Shown one piece after another: positions 24,601-37,192 of a stretch of DNA of 64,000 nucleotides (position 1 is its first letter; each line of letters opens with the position of its first letter). Under the pieces are notes generated by a model. That model did not search any database, had not been told where the DNA came from, and saw only the letters and a program-made list of their open reading frames with translations. Location of the stretch: positions 6,634,001 through 6,698,000 of the forward strand of contig CM114271.1 in assembly GCA_050084515.1 (NCBI GenBank), in the 5' to 3' direction. Position numbers and translations under genes: made by a program. The DNA comes from Blasia pusilla. Taxonomy: Eukaryota.

Positions 24601-25239
24601 CCTATACCTGATGTCCCAATACGAAGACGTCCTAATGCAAGTCAATTTTTTGCAGAGTATGGCAATAAGAGTAGGTTTTACTCAGGAGTTGAAAGTTTAT
24701 ATTCCCAAGAGAATGCAAATACTACTGAAGAAGTTAATGTGCATGGTATCAAGGGGAATTTTGATGCAGTCAATAGTGGAGAATGTTTCCACTCCCATGG
24801 ATATTGGTAATAAAGCCTCTAAATCCATACCAAATAGTCTAGTATTTCCCAATGTTTCCCTTATTTATGGGAAATATGAATCTGATGAAGAGTATGATGA
24901 CTTTAAGGAGCCAAACAGTGGCATATCCTTGGCACGACTTGACATGAAGTGGACAGTTGTGACTGATATCCAATGGAACCCAGAGGAAGAAGCGTTTTAT
25001 AGTAGTTTGGCAGAGGAAGTTGCGAAAGAATGTCATATCGCATCTCAAAATTTATAAAGTCGGATGGAATTATCTTTTGAAGCCTATTTATTTCTTGGTA
25101 TGCAAAATTATGAAGTATGTTCTCAATGACGTATTTCTCTCAAAGTGTCGTAAATATTCACAAACCAAAATAGAAAATTAACATGCCAAAGCCACGGCTT
25201 AAGAGGAAATGGGCTTAGAGGCGGGTATTCTAGATGGCT

Positions 25240-26165
25240 CCTAATCACAGTCCTCGCAACTGATCTTTGGACAACTGCTAATCACAGGCCTGACATCTAC
25301 CTTATGAACGGTTGCTAATCACAGGATCGACGGGTATTCTCTCAATGATGATGGCTAATCATAGGCCGGCAGCTATTCTCTCTTCTGGACGGCTACTAAT
25401 CATAGGGCGGCTATTTTGTGGACGGCTGCTAATCACACGCCGGTGTCTATTCTGTGGATGATTGCTAATCACACGCCGACGGCTATTCTCTGTTCTGGAT
25501 GGCTGCTAATCATAGGCCGTGGCTATTCTCTATTCTAGACAGTTGTTAATCATAGGCCGGCGGCTATTCTCTGTTCTAGACGGTTGCTAATCACAAGCCG
25601 GCGGCTATTCTCTGTTGTGGACGGCTGCTAATCATAGGGCGACAACTATTCTCTATTCTGGACGGCCGCTAATCACAGGCCCGACGGTTGATAATTAGAG
25701 GCTAGTGGCTATTCTCTGGATGGCTACTAATGACAGGCCCAACGGCTATTCTCTGGACGACTGCTAATGACAGGCCGAGGCTTTTCTCTGGACGGTTGCT
25801 AATCATAGGCCAGAGGCTATTCTATGTTCTGAACGGCTGCTAATGATAGGGAGAGGCTATTCTCTGGACGGTTGCTAATAGCAGGCCCGATAGCTATTCT
25901 CTGTTCTGGACGGCTGCTAATCACAGGCCCGACGGCTATTCTATGTTCTGGATGGCTGCTAATCACAGGACGGTGGGTATTCTCTGCTATGGACGGTTGC
26001 TAATCACAAGCCGGTGGCTATTCTCTTCTATGGACGGTTGCTAATCACAGGCCGGCGGCTATTCTCTGGATGGCGGCTAATCACAGGCCGATTGCTATTC
26101 TTTGGACGACTGCTAATCACACGCCTGCGGCTATTCACTATTATGGGCGGCAGCTATTCTCTAGA
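25240..26165. repeat. ~35-41 bp tandem repeat array with GGCTGCTAATCA / GGCTATTC cores
   Basis: Repeated ggacggctgctaatcacaggccggcggctattctctgttct. Confidence 0.93.
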
Positions 26166-26169
26166 GAGG

Positions 26170-26850
26170 CTGCTCATCCATTTTCCTTTTCGTCTCTCTA
26201 TTCCCTTTTTTTCCCCTCCCTCTCCTCCCTTGCTTCTTTCTCCCTTCCCCCCTTACTTTTTTTTCTCCCCCATTCCCTTTCTTTTTCCCTCCCCCTCTCC
26301 CTCCCTTTTTTTTTTCCTCTCTCTCCTTCCTTTATTTTTTTCCTCTCCTTCCCCTATTTTCTCTTCTCCTTCCTTTTTTTTCTCCCTTCCCTCCTCCCTC
26401 GCCTTCCTCTCTTTCCTATGTTTTGCTCCCTCTCTTTTCTATATTTTCCTCCCTATGCTTCCTTCTTTTTTTCCTCTCATTCCTTTTTTATTCTCCTTCC
26501 CTCCTTCCCTCTTCTCCCTTCATTTTTCCTCCTTCCCCCACCTTTTTTTCCTCCCTCTCCTTCCTTTTCTTTCCTCCTCCCTCTCCTCCCTTCATTTTTC
26601 CTCCCTCTCTTTCCTATATTTTCCTCCCTCTCCTTCCTTTATTTTTTTCCTCTATTTTCTCCTTTCCTTCCTTTTTTTTCCTCCTTCCCTCCCTCTCTTT
26701 CCAATATTTTCCTCCCTCGCCTCCCTTTATCTATCATCACTTCCCTCCCTTATGTTTTCAACCCCCCCTCCCTTTTTTTCCCTCCCTCTCCTTCCTTTCC
26801 TTCCTCTATTTTTTTCTCCCTCCACATACTAGTTTTTTCTTCCTCTCATA
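26170..26850 (+). repeat. ~680-bp polypyrimidine (C/T) low-complexity tract
   Basis: Nearly purine-free plus strand; produces spurious F/S/P/L ORFs. Confidence 0.95.
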
Positions 26851-28439
26851 ATTTAGCCGTTGCTCAAGTGCGCGTAAGGGATTCTGGCCGGCCTGCGGCT
26901 ATAGTGCATACTAGGGGACGGGCTGGCCTACGGCTACGATGCCTTGCTAATCCATGGACTACACGTGGCGGTAGTTTCTTGAAGCTCGAACTTTGAGAGA
27001 AACCTTCGATGGAGGCATGCGAGTGGGCCGGGGGCAGGCGCGGCTAGGCCGTGGATGATCTTTTCAAATTTCAGGTTTTCCTAATCCTCATTTATGGCAA
27101 CTAATTTTAGGTTTCAATAGCCAATTTGAGGTCGAATTGATGGTGTCAAGGCAGCTAATGTGTGTTTATTTACTTGCAGGGCTACCACATTTACATCAGT
27201 TGAGGCCAAATGAGCTCGATTGGTTTCGGAATTTTGATGCACTTTGGGCTATTTTAGAATCTTGATTTTTTGGAAAATGGCAGGCTTTAGCCACAGCCAA
27301 CGGCTAATTTGCAGCTGCAGTCCGTGGTAGATTTGACATGATTTAATATTCATCAACTCTAGGGTCTCCAGTGAGGCCGGAGGCACATTTTAGCTTAATT
27401 ATAGGTAACCTATGCTTCTTCTACTTCCTCTTCTTTTTCTACTTCATCGTCATCTTCTACTGCTATTGGGTTTGTCATGTCTCTTGCTTCATGCTTGGGC
27501 TCCTATTGTGCCAACCTGATTTCATGCCTTTCCTTCTCCTCGACCCAAGGTGCTTGGGTCGAAGCCTGTATGCACTCTTGACCCACACGGAAGCAATGAG
27601 AGACAATTGATCTCCCTGTGTTGGAGAGCCCTTACCCTCTTCACCACTCTGCCTATGTCATCAGAGACGAGCACCTCAACCAATCATATCAGATCAATTC
27701 ATTATGAGCGAGAGAATCCTGGAGATTGGCAACAGGCCAAAATTTAAGCGGCTGATTTTCACTACCTTAGCAAGACCTCAGAAAGCTTATAAATTCTGAA
27801 GTATAGTGACTCACAATCCTGTATGGAAGAGTAGCATCCAAGACTCGGATGGCAGAGTACCATCCAAGATCGATCGGAGAAGCTCGAGATCTTTAGCAGA
27901 TTGCGTAGAAAAGGTTATTCATAATCTTTAGCAGATTTTCATTTCATCCCAATTCTCATTTCTGTGAGACATACCCAAATTCATAAGCATGATTAGAGTT
28001 GCTAGTCTCATGGATGGACACGTATTTTCCACCATAGCTTGAACACTTAGGGAAGCCAAAGATGTACTATGGGTTGTGAAGAGATGGGTCACAACTCAAG
28101 ATCATCCCAAAACAGGCAATTGCAGTGACACTGAAGATCCTCAATGGATGGTCATGATCCAAGTTTGTCCTTAAAGATGCTAGTGTACATTAGGATTCCC
28201 CTGAGTTTTGGTGGTTCAGCTTGTTGACCAGCCGTCAGTGAATGTAATGTATACAAGTCATGGGACATACTGACACTCACAGAAAAGGGACCAATTGGGA
28301 TACTTAAGCAGTGCTTCAGCCACACAAAAAAAAGGTTACAATAAGAGAAGTATCGACCTCATATGCTCATACTTGATTGTGAAACAAACTAAAAAGCAAG
28401 GAGTTTAGATGAAATCTCCGGCTGGTTCCAAGGGTTGAA

Positions 28440-30330
28440 AACAACTTGTGGGTAGAAAATATGTTGCCTTGAGGTGTCTGCACGACTTGCAATGTGTCTC
28501 ACATATAGGCCAATGGCTTTAGGTTTTAGGTGCTTGTGTGCTTGAAAGAGATACCTTGTGCTCTGGTTTCTCTCCGGAAAGGGAATAAGTGAAGCGCTTA
28601 AACCCAAAATGAGAGATGGATGGATCTCTGCATAGGTATATACATGCCCCCCCTCACTCCTTTCCCTTACCCTAAAAATGTCTTCTCCATGAAGGGAAAT
28701 CATGGCTTTCTCTGCTTCCTCTATGCCCAAAAACTCCACTACATCCTTGCTCTGCAACCATGTAGGGCGTTCACTTGGAGAGAGTAAGACATTAATTTCT
28801 GAAATAAACCCTTCGTTTAGGGTCAAGGACTATATTTAACCCTCAACAGAGCCCTCAAAAGTTGCCCACCACGGCTACTTATATGCAACTCTTGCTTCTT
28901 CAGATCCATTACTACCTCGACCGGAATGATAACAAACAAGCTCTCAAATCAATGAATAACACTAGATTTATGGCAACTCATCTTGTATTTAACTTGGTCT
29001 GGACACCATCTCACTGAACACACATAGAATCCATGCTTCAGATAAATCCATAGATTGATAAGTTCAGACAATATTGTGCTGACATTCTTGCAATTAACAT
29101 AAATATTAAAGTTGCGTCATATACTTGAGCAAATTTTGAGAGTTCATGGAGTCTGGCAGACGGATTTTACGTGCCACTTTTGTTGCCTTCTCTGTTGATA
29201 GTGTCCCAATCCATTTCCCATTCACAAATACTTTTGTGACAGTAAGCAAGGTGGATGGAGAGACTTCTTGAAGAGACACAATATCATGAGTTCCTATAAC
29301 TTGAAGTACATGTGCTTTTGAAGTATAGGTGCCACTGAGAGAAATTCATGCATACCGGTAGCTAATCACAATCGGAGGCTAATTCAGGGAGTCCGGCCGG
29401 TGGATTTTACTTGCCACTTCTACTGCCTTCTCTGCTAATAGTGTCCCAATCCATTTCCCATTCACAAATGCTTTTGTGACAATAAGCAAGGTGGATGGAG
29501 AGACTTCTTGAAGAGCAAAATATCATCAGTCCCTAGAACTTGAAGTACATGTGCTTCTGAAATATAGGTGCCATTGAGAGAAAGTCCTGCATACCGGAAG
29601 CTAACACACTCGGCAGCTAATTCAGGGAGTCTGGCTGGCGGATTTTATGTGCCATTTCTGTTGCCTTCTCTGCTAATAGTGTCCCAATCCATTTCCCATT
29701 CACAAATACTTTTGTGACAATAAGCAAGGTGGATGGGGAAACTTCTTGAAGAGACACAATATGAGCAGTTCCCAGAACTTGAAGTACAACTGCTTGTGAA
29801 TTATAGGTGCCATTGATAGAAAGTCCTGCATACACAACTCAGGTGTTCTAGCAATTAAAGAGTGCCACAAGTATTTTCACAATTAAAGCCTTAATTCACG
29901 CAGCTGACAAAATATAGAGATCAGATTTTCTCTCTTCAAATAAAAAACAACATTCGAGTTTTTCATCATGTCATGACTTTTCCAGTTACCACTTGAGAAG
30001 GAGTTTTTCATTCCTTTGGCGATCATATTGTATACAAAATACTTCTCAATGGGTTGAAGATCATGATTCTTGGCCAATAGCCTTTGAATCCTCTTCTTCA
30101 TGGTGTTTTGAACATGCCCCATCAGCTTGCAGAACTCGTGACTAATTACCTCTCCAAAAAACTCCACTTTCTTGTTCTTTAAATCATCCTTGTCCATCAG
30201 CTTTTGATGCCTTGGATAGCATAAACAAAGATTCCTCCCATATACCCCAAGAAAAGAGCCTTACTTTGTTCATCTTCACCCATATGGGGCAAAACTCTAG
30301 AGGATATTACTCCTCTCCATGTCTCCTCCA
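28440..30330 (-). pseudogene. Fragment of RNA polymerase second-largest subunit, Pol IV/V (NRPD2/NRPE2)-like
   Basis: KALFLGYM, DKDDLKNKKVEFFGE...LQPIEKYF...SFSSGNW, TKVFVNGKWIG, VEFLGIEE, YTYAEIHPSLILGLSASLIPF, RYLFQAHKH..AIG...RADTSRQHIFYPQ. The Q.xKH segment matches NRPD2-type (RVLYQSQKH) rather than RPB2-type (RNTYQSAMGKQ) sequence as I recall them. Confidence 0.8.
29140..29833. repeat. ~239-bp tandem triplication inside the NRPD2-like fragment
   Basis: ccatttcccattcacaaat...ttttgtgaca at ~29211, 29451 and 29689. Confidence 0.92.
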
Positions 30331-30429
30331 CTAGCAAAGTCTTCTTGGTAGTTTTGGATCCAATGTTGTACATTGCTAAAAGTGAAGACTGCTACTGGCA
30401 AGCTATATGGCACTGAAATTAATTTCTTG

Positions 30430-33400
30430 CGGGGACGACATCGAAGTCAGACTATGGAAGAAGGGTTCCCCTTAAAATATGTTATTTATCGGACAAACTT
30501 TGCTAGGTTGGAGGAAGTTGTAGATAAGGAGATGGCTATTATCATGGGAGTCGGCAGAGTGTGGGAGGCGGATTGGACCGTCTGTGATAAGGATATGGTC
30601 ATAAACTTCTTGAGCATGTTCAACCCACACAATTCCGAGGGGAGGCTTTGAGGGAGCTACAAGCATACAATGTCAAATTATGCCTTATGTGTCTCTCCAA
30701 AACTCATAACAACTGCTTTCCAATTCAAGAACCTTGGCTCATTTCTATCTATAGAGCACCAATACATTGATCAAGAGGAGCCAAGAATTTATTCCAAGTA
30801 TCTCACCAAGTTGGAGAAAAATAGCCACGGCTATAAGCTAGGGTGTTGTGTCAGAGAACTTTCGGGGACTACTTTTACAAATGAATCGTTGCTTTCATAT
30901 GAAAGAAAACCCCGAGTGTGTCCCTGCAAGCATGTTATCCATGCCATGCCGAGCTTGGAAAGGGATTCCGGTGGATTGGGCAACCTATGTCTACAACAAA
31001 CTCATGGTTGATATCAAGCATGTTCTTTGACCAAGATCCAAGCAAGAGAAAGTGAGAGAAAGCGGAGTTGGAGTTATTTTGACCATTCTCTTCAACCATG
31101 GTGATGATCCGAGTCTACATGAGGTGATAGTAGCAGAGGCCCGCCTAGTATCACATCCAAAAATGAAAGGGATGGCAAAGCTAGACGAGACTCCACCGAC
31201 CGAGCCCAAGAATCCTCGGAAGAGGAAAATTGCATGAAAAGGAGGAGAGTGAGCCCAAAAACAAAGCACAACGATTATGTATCAAATTGAAGATACTTGC
31301 CAATGACACTACTACAGGGAAGGCACCAACTTCATATGATAGCGATGATTTCATTACTCAAAAAAGACAACTGAGGAAGAAAAGTTCCTTACATGGAGCC
31401 GAGAAGGAGTTCCACAATCGAAGATAAAGAATCCCAAGTCTCGACCAAATCCCAAGGAAAGAAGAAGGTGAGGTTCTTACCATTTGTATTCATTTTGTCT
31501 AAGTTTGGTGGCTATATGCACAGACGGCGACTATTCACAGTCAGGAGCACTTGCAAAAATTAACTTTCCTAGGGCTGTTTTTCACAAAGAGGTTGTGAAG
31601 TTGTCGCACTAACATGCATTGGCTGCTATTCCCAACCGTAGAAGTAACAAAGACTAACATGAACTCGCATCTATTCTCTGCCAAGGGGAAAGACGACTAA
31701 TAGCAAAGCACGGTGGTTATTCTCAGACAAAGGGCAGAGTGACTATTAGCAGCCAACGGCGGCTATTCACAACCATGCTACAAGGCCGACGTCTATTCTA
31801 GCAGAGGCCGGAGGCTATTATCATTCTCTAGAGGTCGAGTAATAGCAGCCGTCGCCGACTATTTAGAGCCATTGTCCAAGGCTAGAGGCTATTCAAAACC
31901 TTTGGACAAGGCTACTAGAATGAACCTTTGGACAAGGCATTCTTTCTTCAGGAAATATATAAGAAGATTTATATTTTTGACTCCTTTGTTTTTCATTTAC
32001 AGGATTCTCAATCTTGCCCAGAGATTCGCCAAAAGAGGAAAGAATCGCTTTCTCGAGAAGCAGAACCCAATTGGGTCTCTTCCTATGCCAAAGGCTTGAT
32101 AGGTTGTGTATGAAGACTTGCTATCATTTCATTTAGCAATTGTGAAGTTTGGAGTCTTATTAATTTACTTTTTTGGGTGCTACAGAATACTACTGCGGCT
32201 AGTTGACCTCGCTGTGCAAGGTTGGCGATTTCAAGGTTGGGTATTGCAATAGCAAAGCCTGCACGTGATAGCAATGTGATTGTGGAGGAGCATATTTCAG
32301 GCCTCCTTGGGGCTTCAAGGGAAAGTGAAGGTCTAAAGGAAGCCCATGTTGAGGAGGAGCAGGGTGAACCCGTCTCTGAGGTGGGTGTCATTGATACTGA
32401 GAAGGTGATAGATGAGGTGATCAAAGGCATCATAGAAGAACTGCATACTGCTGAGAACAAGGCAACTGAGGAGTCAGAATATCAGTCATTCAATTGGAGG
32501 ATAGTGAAGCAAAGGAGCATGACAAGAAGGATGCGTCTATCCCTCTGACCAATCCGAATGACACTGACATCAATAGGCATGATTCACCTTCACCTGTAGA
32601 TGGAGTGAAGAATGGAGAAAGCAAAGGGAATGAGCAATGACAGGATGGTATCGATGCCTTGGATTGGCAAGAATTTGGGAGTATGCCTAAATTGAACACT
32701 CAGAAGGTAGGAGCTTGGGAAGTGCCCAATATTTCTCAGTTCGGGCCTTCACAACCCGGTTGGGAGTCTCTAGGCAGAAAAGGGAAAGGCACGGGAGAGA
32801 TACATATGAAGAACACTATAGGGGGGCCTCATGGGAACATGGCAAGCGGAACACCATGTGCTCACCCTAGAACAACTTGTAGACCCCACCTTTTAGTGGA
32901 GCCTATGGTGATTACCCAAGGCTCTCAAACCATGGACAAGTTTCTTGTGAACAAAATGAGTCAAATTGAGCATGTGTTCACGGTGGATCAGCAATTGCAA
33001 ACATATAGTGTCCATGAGCTGCATTTGATAAACCGCTTATGCTAGAAAGAGAGCGTGTACCATGTGAACACCTATGTGCAGAGTGAGGACTCCACATGAT
33101 GGTTGAATCACGTGCGGTCCAAAGCGCTAGCAATGGTACGAACACGCGATGCTCCACAACCCAAACCATCAAGTGAAGATGGTGTACTCCCTAATGTTGT
33201 GGGAGCTGAAGGTTTGGAGGGAGAAGAAGATGGCGTAAATCAAATAAGGTATTATAGCACTCTTCAATTGCCCATCTTCTTTAACATGGCCTCTATTTTC
33301 CAATTGTTTTTCCGCAAACCGCAGTAAGTTCTTGTGGATTTCTTTTTTGTCTTAGTAGAGGAGTCAAGATGTAGGTGAGAATTTACAGCATACTTCTTGT

Positions 33401-33960
33401 GTTTTTGCTATCGCCTATTCAGTCGGTGGCTAATCACACCTGGCGGGTAATGAGAATCACATGATTTGTGCTTGGCACAAAGTGCAACTAATCACAGTCG
33501 GCGGCTAATTTCTATTGGAGGTTACTTGATGTAGAGGTTCCGTTTGTCTTTGGATGTAGGGACCAATAGAAGATGTACTAGAGGAGGACTTGGGTGTGCC
33601 CCAATGAGGGTTTTTGATCGATGAGTGAATCATACAATTATAGATTAACCATTTGGGGATGCCCGCGGAAGATGTGGTGCATTTGGAGTGTTGGGAGGAC
33701 AAAATCAATCTCACCAAGCAAACCACAGCTAGAGTAGACAAGTATGTTGAAGTTTTGGAGCTAAGGCACACAACTCTTCTCGCTGAAAGAGGAGATCTCA
33801 TTAGCAAGTTAGGAGTGATCGGCTATGACAACAAAGGTGGGTGGGAAGAGGCCTTGCGTAGAGTCACAACCTTGCAAGATTCAGCAGCAAGGAATTAAAA
33901 GTTTATTCGTGATCTCTTGAGTAGGCTAGGTGTGTCATCAGAAAGCTTGGATGAGGCATC
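30430..33960 (+). pseudogene. Degenerate MULE-2 accessory gene (plant-transposon/PMD-like N-terminal region, acidic and coiled-coil C-terminus)
   Basis: Fragmented ORFs (MVINFLSMF...VSPKLITTAF...VDWATYVYNKLMVDI...GVILTILF). Motif-filled intron-like gaps at ~31470-32000 and ~33325-33560. Confidence 0.45.
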
Positions 33961-34149
33961 ATGTTTATAGCGGTTGGATTCTACAAGTCCAAGCATATAA
34001 TCAATTTTGGTAAAGTTCCTTTTTGTTTTATGGTGAAATTGTGACCACATCCATGTTGTATAATGTACATCATGTGCTCGAATTTGCATCCATTTTTTAT
34101 TCAAAGGAAGAAATCTAGTAATAAGGCTAGACGTCAGATTCACTTGGCT

Positions 34150-34400
34150 AAAGCTATGACACATTTCCACCCTAGACCTGCGGCTAAAATGGTACTTCCT
34201 CTCCCCGTTGGCTGAAACTTCATCAGCTCACTACAATGCCATGACACACTTCCACCCTAAACCTACGGCTAAAACCTGCGGCTAAAACGGTCCTTCCTCT
34301 CCCCGTTGGCTGCAACTTCTTTAGCTCACTGTAATGCTATGACACACTTCCACCCTAAACTTGCGGCTAAATCGGTCCTACCTCTCCCCGTTGGCTGAAA
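34150..34400. repeat. Subterminal ~85-98 bp tandem repeat x3
   Basis: gctatgacacac/tttccaccctaaacctgcggctaaa...cctctccccgttggctg. Confidence 0.9.
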
Positions 34401-37192
34401 TGGTAATGGTCCCCAAGCTCATGTTCAAAATTTAGGATTTCCCGCCACTATTCCTACCATAACTCAAATATGGTCAAAACCATAGGTAAGTACCCAAATT
34501 CGTGTACTAGAATAATTACCGGACTTCCCGGCAGCTAGTCTCCCGTGAATGGGTAAGAGCCCCACTCTAGCGAAAGATATGGTGGAGGGCCACTTAAGCA
34601 ATATAAGTAGGGCAAGGAGCCACTTAAGCAAATACATGCACAAATAAGGGACACAAATGGTTTGTGTCCCTTCTTCGTGTCTTTCCTTCTAGGTTTTTAT
34701 TGAAAAATTATGTTAATGCTTTATAATACATTTTTAAAATTTTGTATATTGGGTCTCTTTTCTATCTACGTGTACACTCCCTTGCATTTTCGTATTATTA
34801 TCCTTTCAATAATACCCCACCCCACGTTTGGGGCGGCCACACTAGTTCTTTTTTTCTACCGAGTTATCCGTCTCTCAAGTTTATTACTCACAAATCTTCT
34901 TTCATTAGGAACCCTGTATCGGCCGCATTCTTGTTTTCGCGTATGGTACACCATGCGATGCACGGGTATAATGCGCGATTTATGACGGTCTCATTCGCAA
35001 TTCGGAAAGTACTTGTACATCGCCTCTCATCTCTACTTAATCGTCTCCCAATCAATTGCTTAAAGAGGTTCTTCGCCGTACTTCACGTCGCTTCGAGCCC
35101 TAGGTTCGTGCTCATCTAAATTTATAATGAAAGGACATCGTATTTAGTGTGTCGCCTCGGGATCGTGGCTAAATTCCTTGACCCTACTTCGAAGAGTTGC
35201 CGTCAGTTGCGATCGTCGGTTTTCCTCCGACACTCTGTAGGGTCTGATTGGTCATTTCCAAATACTTGCCGGTTTTTTTCATTTTTTATGAAGAAAGTTC
35301 AAGAAACTGCATTTCGCGGATCGGATTTTTCCAAAATGTTTACTGGTCGGATCGGAAATTATGAAAATTTACCGGCTGGAATTCTCCGTGGTGGTTCTAG
35401 GCGCCCATAGGTTGCCGTAAGCTGACCTGCGGTTACCCTCCTCGGCGAACCAATAGCCGACCCGCGGGGGACGGTGCTAATAACTTCGAACGGGACTCTG
35501 CCAGTTAAGCAGGAAGGATTATTCAAGTTTTCGCGGGGTTGTTCGCAGATTCTCGCATTTACTGAGCTGCCGATCTTACGTGTTACTCACACGTAAGATC
35601 AGCAGAGTGAGGGGATTCGGGGTGAGCGCAGGGAGCCGCGTGGAGTTCGGGGTGGAGGTGGTGTGAGTCGTTAAAGTTCGGGGAAGCCAAAGAAGACGCT
35701 ACATCAGGAGGACGTGCACGACGCCGGCTTCTTAGTCGGACGGATTAGAGTTTCACAGTAGTCAGGATTCAGGAAAGGGGCGGGGTGGACGTTGACCTCG
35801 TAAATACAAGGAGGCGACGAATGTTGTCCGTTGGATGGCCGGAGCCTGCGAATGACTACTGTCCGCTCGGTGAGCCGGTCCCGGCGAAACGGGCACTACA
35901 AGCGTGGCCAAATGTTGTCCGGGTACGTCCCTAAGTATTAGTACTGTGAAACTCCTGAAGATCTCACAGATCCGACGATGGTAATCCATCCACGAACCTA
36001 TTTTCGTGGCCGCCACTAACATCTGTCGTCCACAGACTCGAATCTCAGCACCGAATTTAGACGAATCCGTTAACCTTCACGAATATGACGCCATATCAAT
36101 TAGCACGGCGAGGCAACATTAAGATTTCCGATTAATCCAACGGTGCTAGTGGCATCACGAATATCCCCGCGATCACCGTATGTTTTGACAAATGGGGTAT
36201 CCCCTTCAGCCGTCCGATTTCTCATCCAAGGGTAAGGAAGGTCACGACAATTTCGGTCCCGCCGATATCGCCCCGGGCGACAAAATTTATTGCGGGTGGC
36301 GGAGGAGGAGTATGCGTCGAGGGAACTACAGCTCATGCAGTGCCGAGGGAAAGATCGGAAATTACGCGATGAATTTGAAAATGGGGAGGAAATGGGTATG
36401 ATTGCGGCATAGCCGAACTGGATCTCAGAATTTGAAAATGATAAGGGTTGAGCGGCACCGGCCAGAGCACAGGGGCCGCATGTGAGGGCCGACTTTGTAT
36501 ACAAATTGGAGAGAGAGTAGACGGACTTGCAAGTCTGCTTTGAGAGTGGGAGGCGATCTGATGAGGTGGACGGGGACTCGGTGGAAAGTAGTGAGATTCA
36601 TTGATTGATTGATTCATTTATGAGGATAGAGGAGTTGAGAGGCCTGAGGGCTCGGGCTCGGCTTGTCCCAGGGAGAGGGGCGCAAGTGGCGTCTTGGCAG
36701 ACTGGCATTTGTGGTTTATAGTCGGCCCAGTGATTGAACCTGATGGTTGGTGGTTGGAATTGGGCGTGTGGATTGATGAGCAGAGCTTAAATTTGTAGTC
36801 TGGTGAATCCACTCCTCCGAGAGATACCCATACGCACTATCTCAAGCTCAAGTGCTTGGGATAGTGCGGATCTGTTTTGCTTTCCCCCTTGGGTATGGCT
36901 TTGAGAGTCGCTGCCATCTTCCCATCTTGGGAGACGGGTGTGCGTCTAACTCGATGAGAAGATAGTCGAGTCCGTTGGTATTTCGCCGACAACTCCGACA
37001 GTGAAGCTGAGGGTCGCGGCTTAGTGAATTGCGAGGGATTCCATTTGGTCATCCAGCACCTGAACCTGCCTGTTGTGTGCTGGTTGAAGCCTATAAGAGG
37101 ACGGAGGCGGGATCAGCAGCTTTTCCTGCTTCATTGTGAAGTAAAATCTTTCAGAAATCATTCTTTCCATTTGGGTTGCGAAGAATTTTGCG

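Larger units (their letters stand above)
19320..34686 (+). mobile_element. MuDR-like element (MULE-2), ~15.4 kb, bounded by short imperfect TIRs
   Basis: Left GGAGAGACACAAAGAAG (19320) vs right reverse complement GGAAAGACACGAAGAAG (34686), 15/17 match. Perfect 19-bp inverted pair tatttgcttaagtggctcc (19341-19359) / ggagccacttaagcaaata (34616-34634). Internal MULE transposase and shared GGCTATTC motif throughout. No TSD seen. Confidence 0.72.

Noticed and set aside
26014-26996. 272-308 aa F/S/P/L-rich ORFs resembling membrane proteins
   Set aside because: Translation of a polypyrimidine tract that lacks stop codons.
28389-30197. Functional RNA polymerase subunit gene
   Set aside because: Internal fragment only, with deletions, frameshifts and a triplication, and no N- or C-terminal domains in the window.
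35147-37052. Short ORFs upstream of RopGDI
   Set aside because: No domain similarity or splice-consistent structure; more likely promoter or 5' leader.
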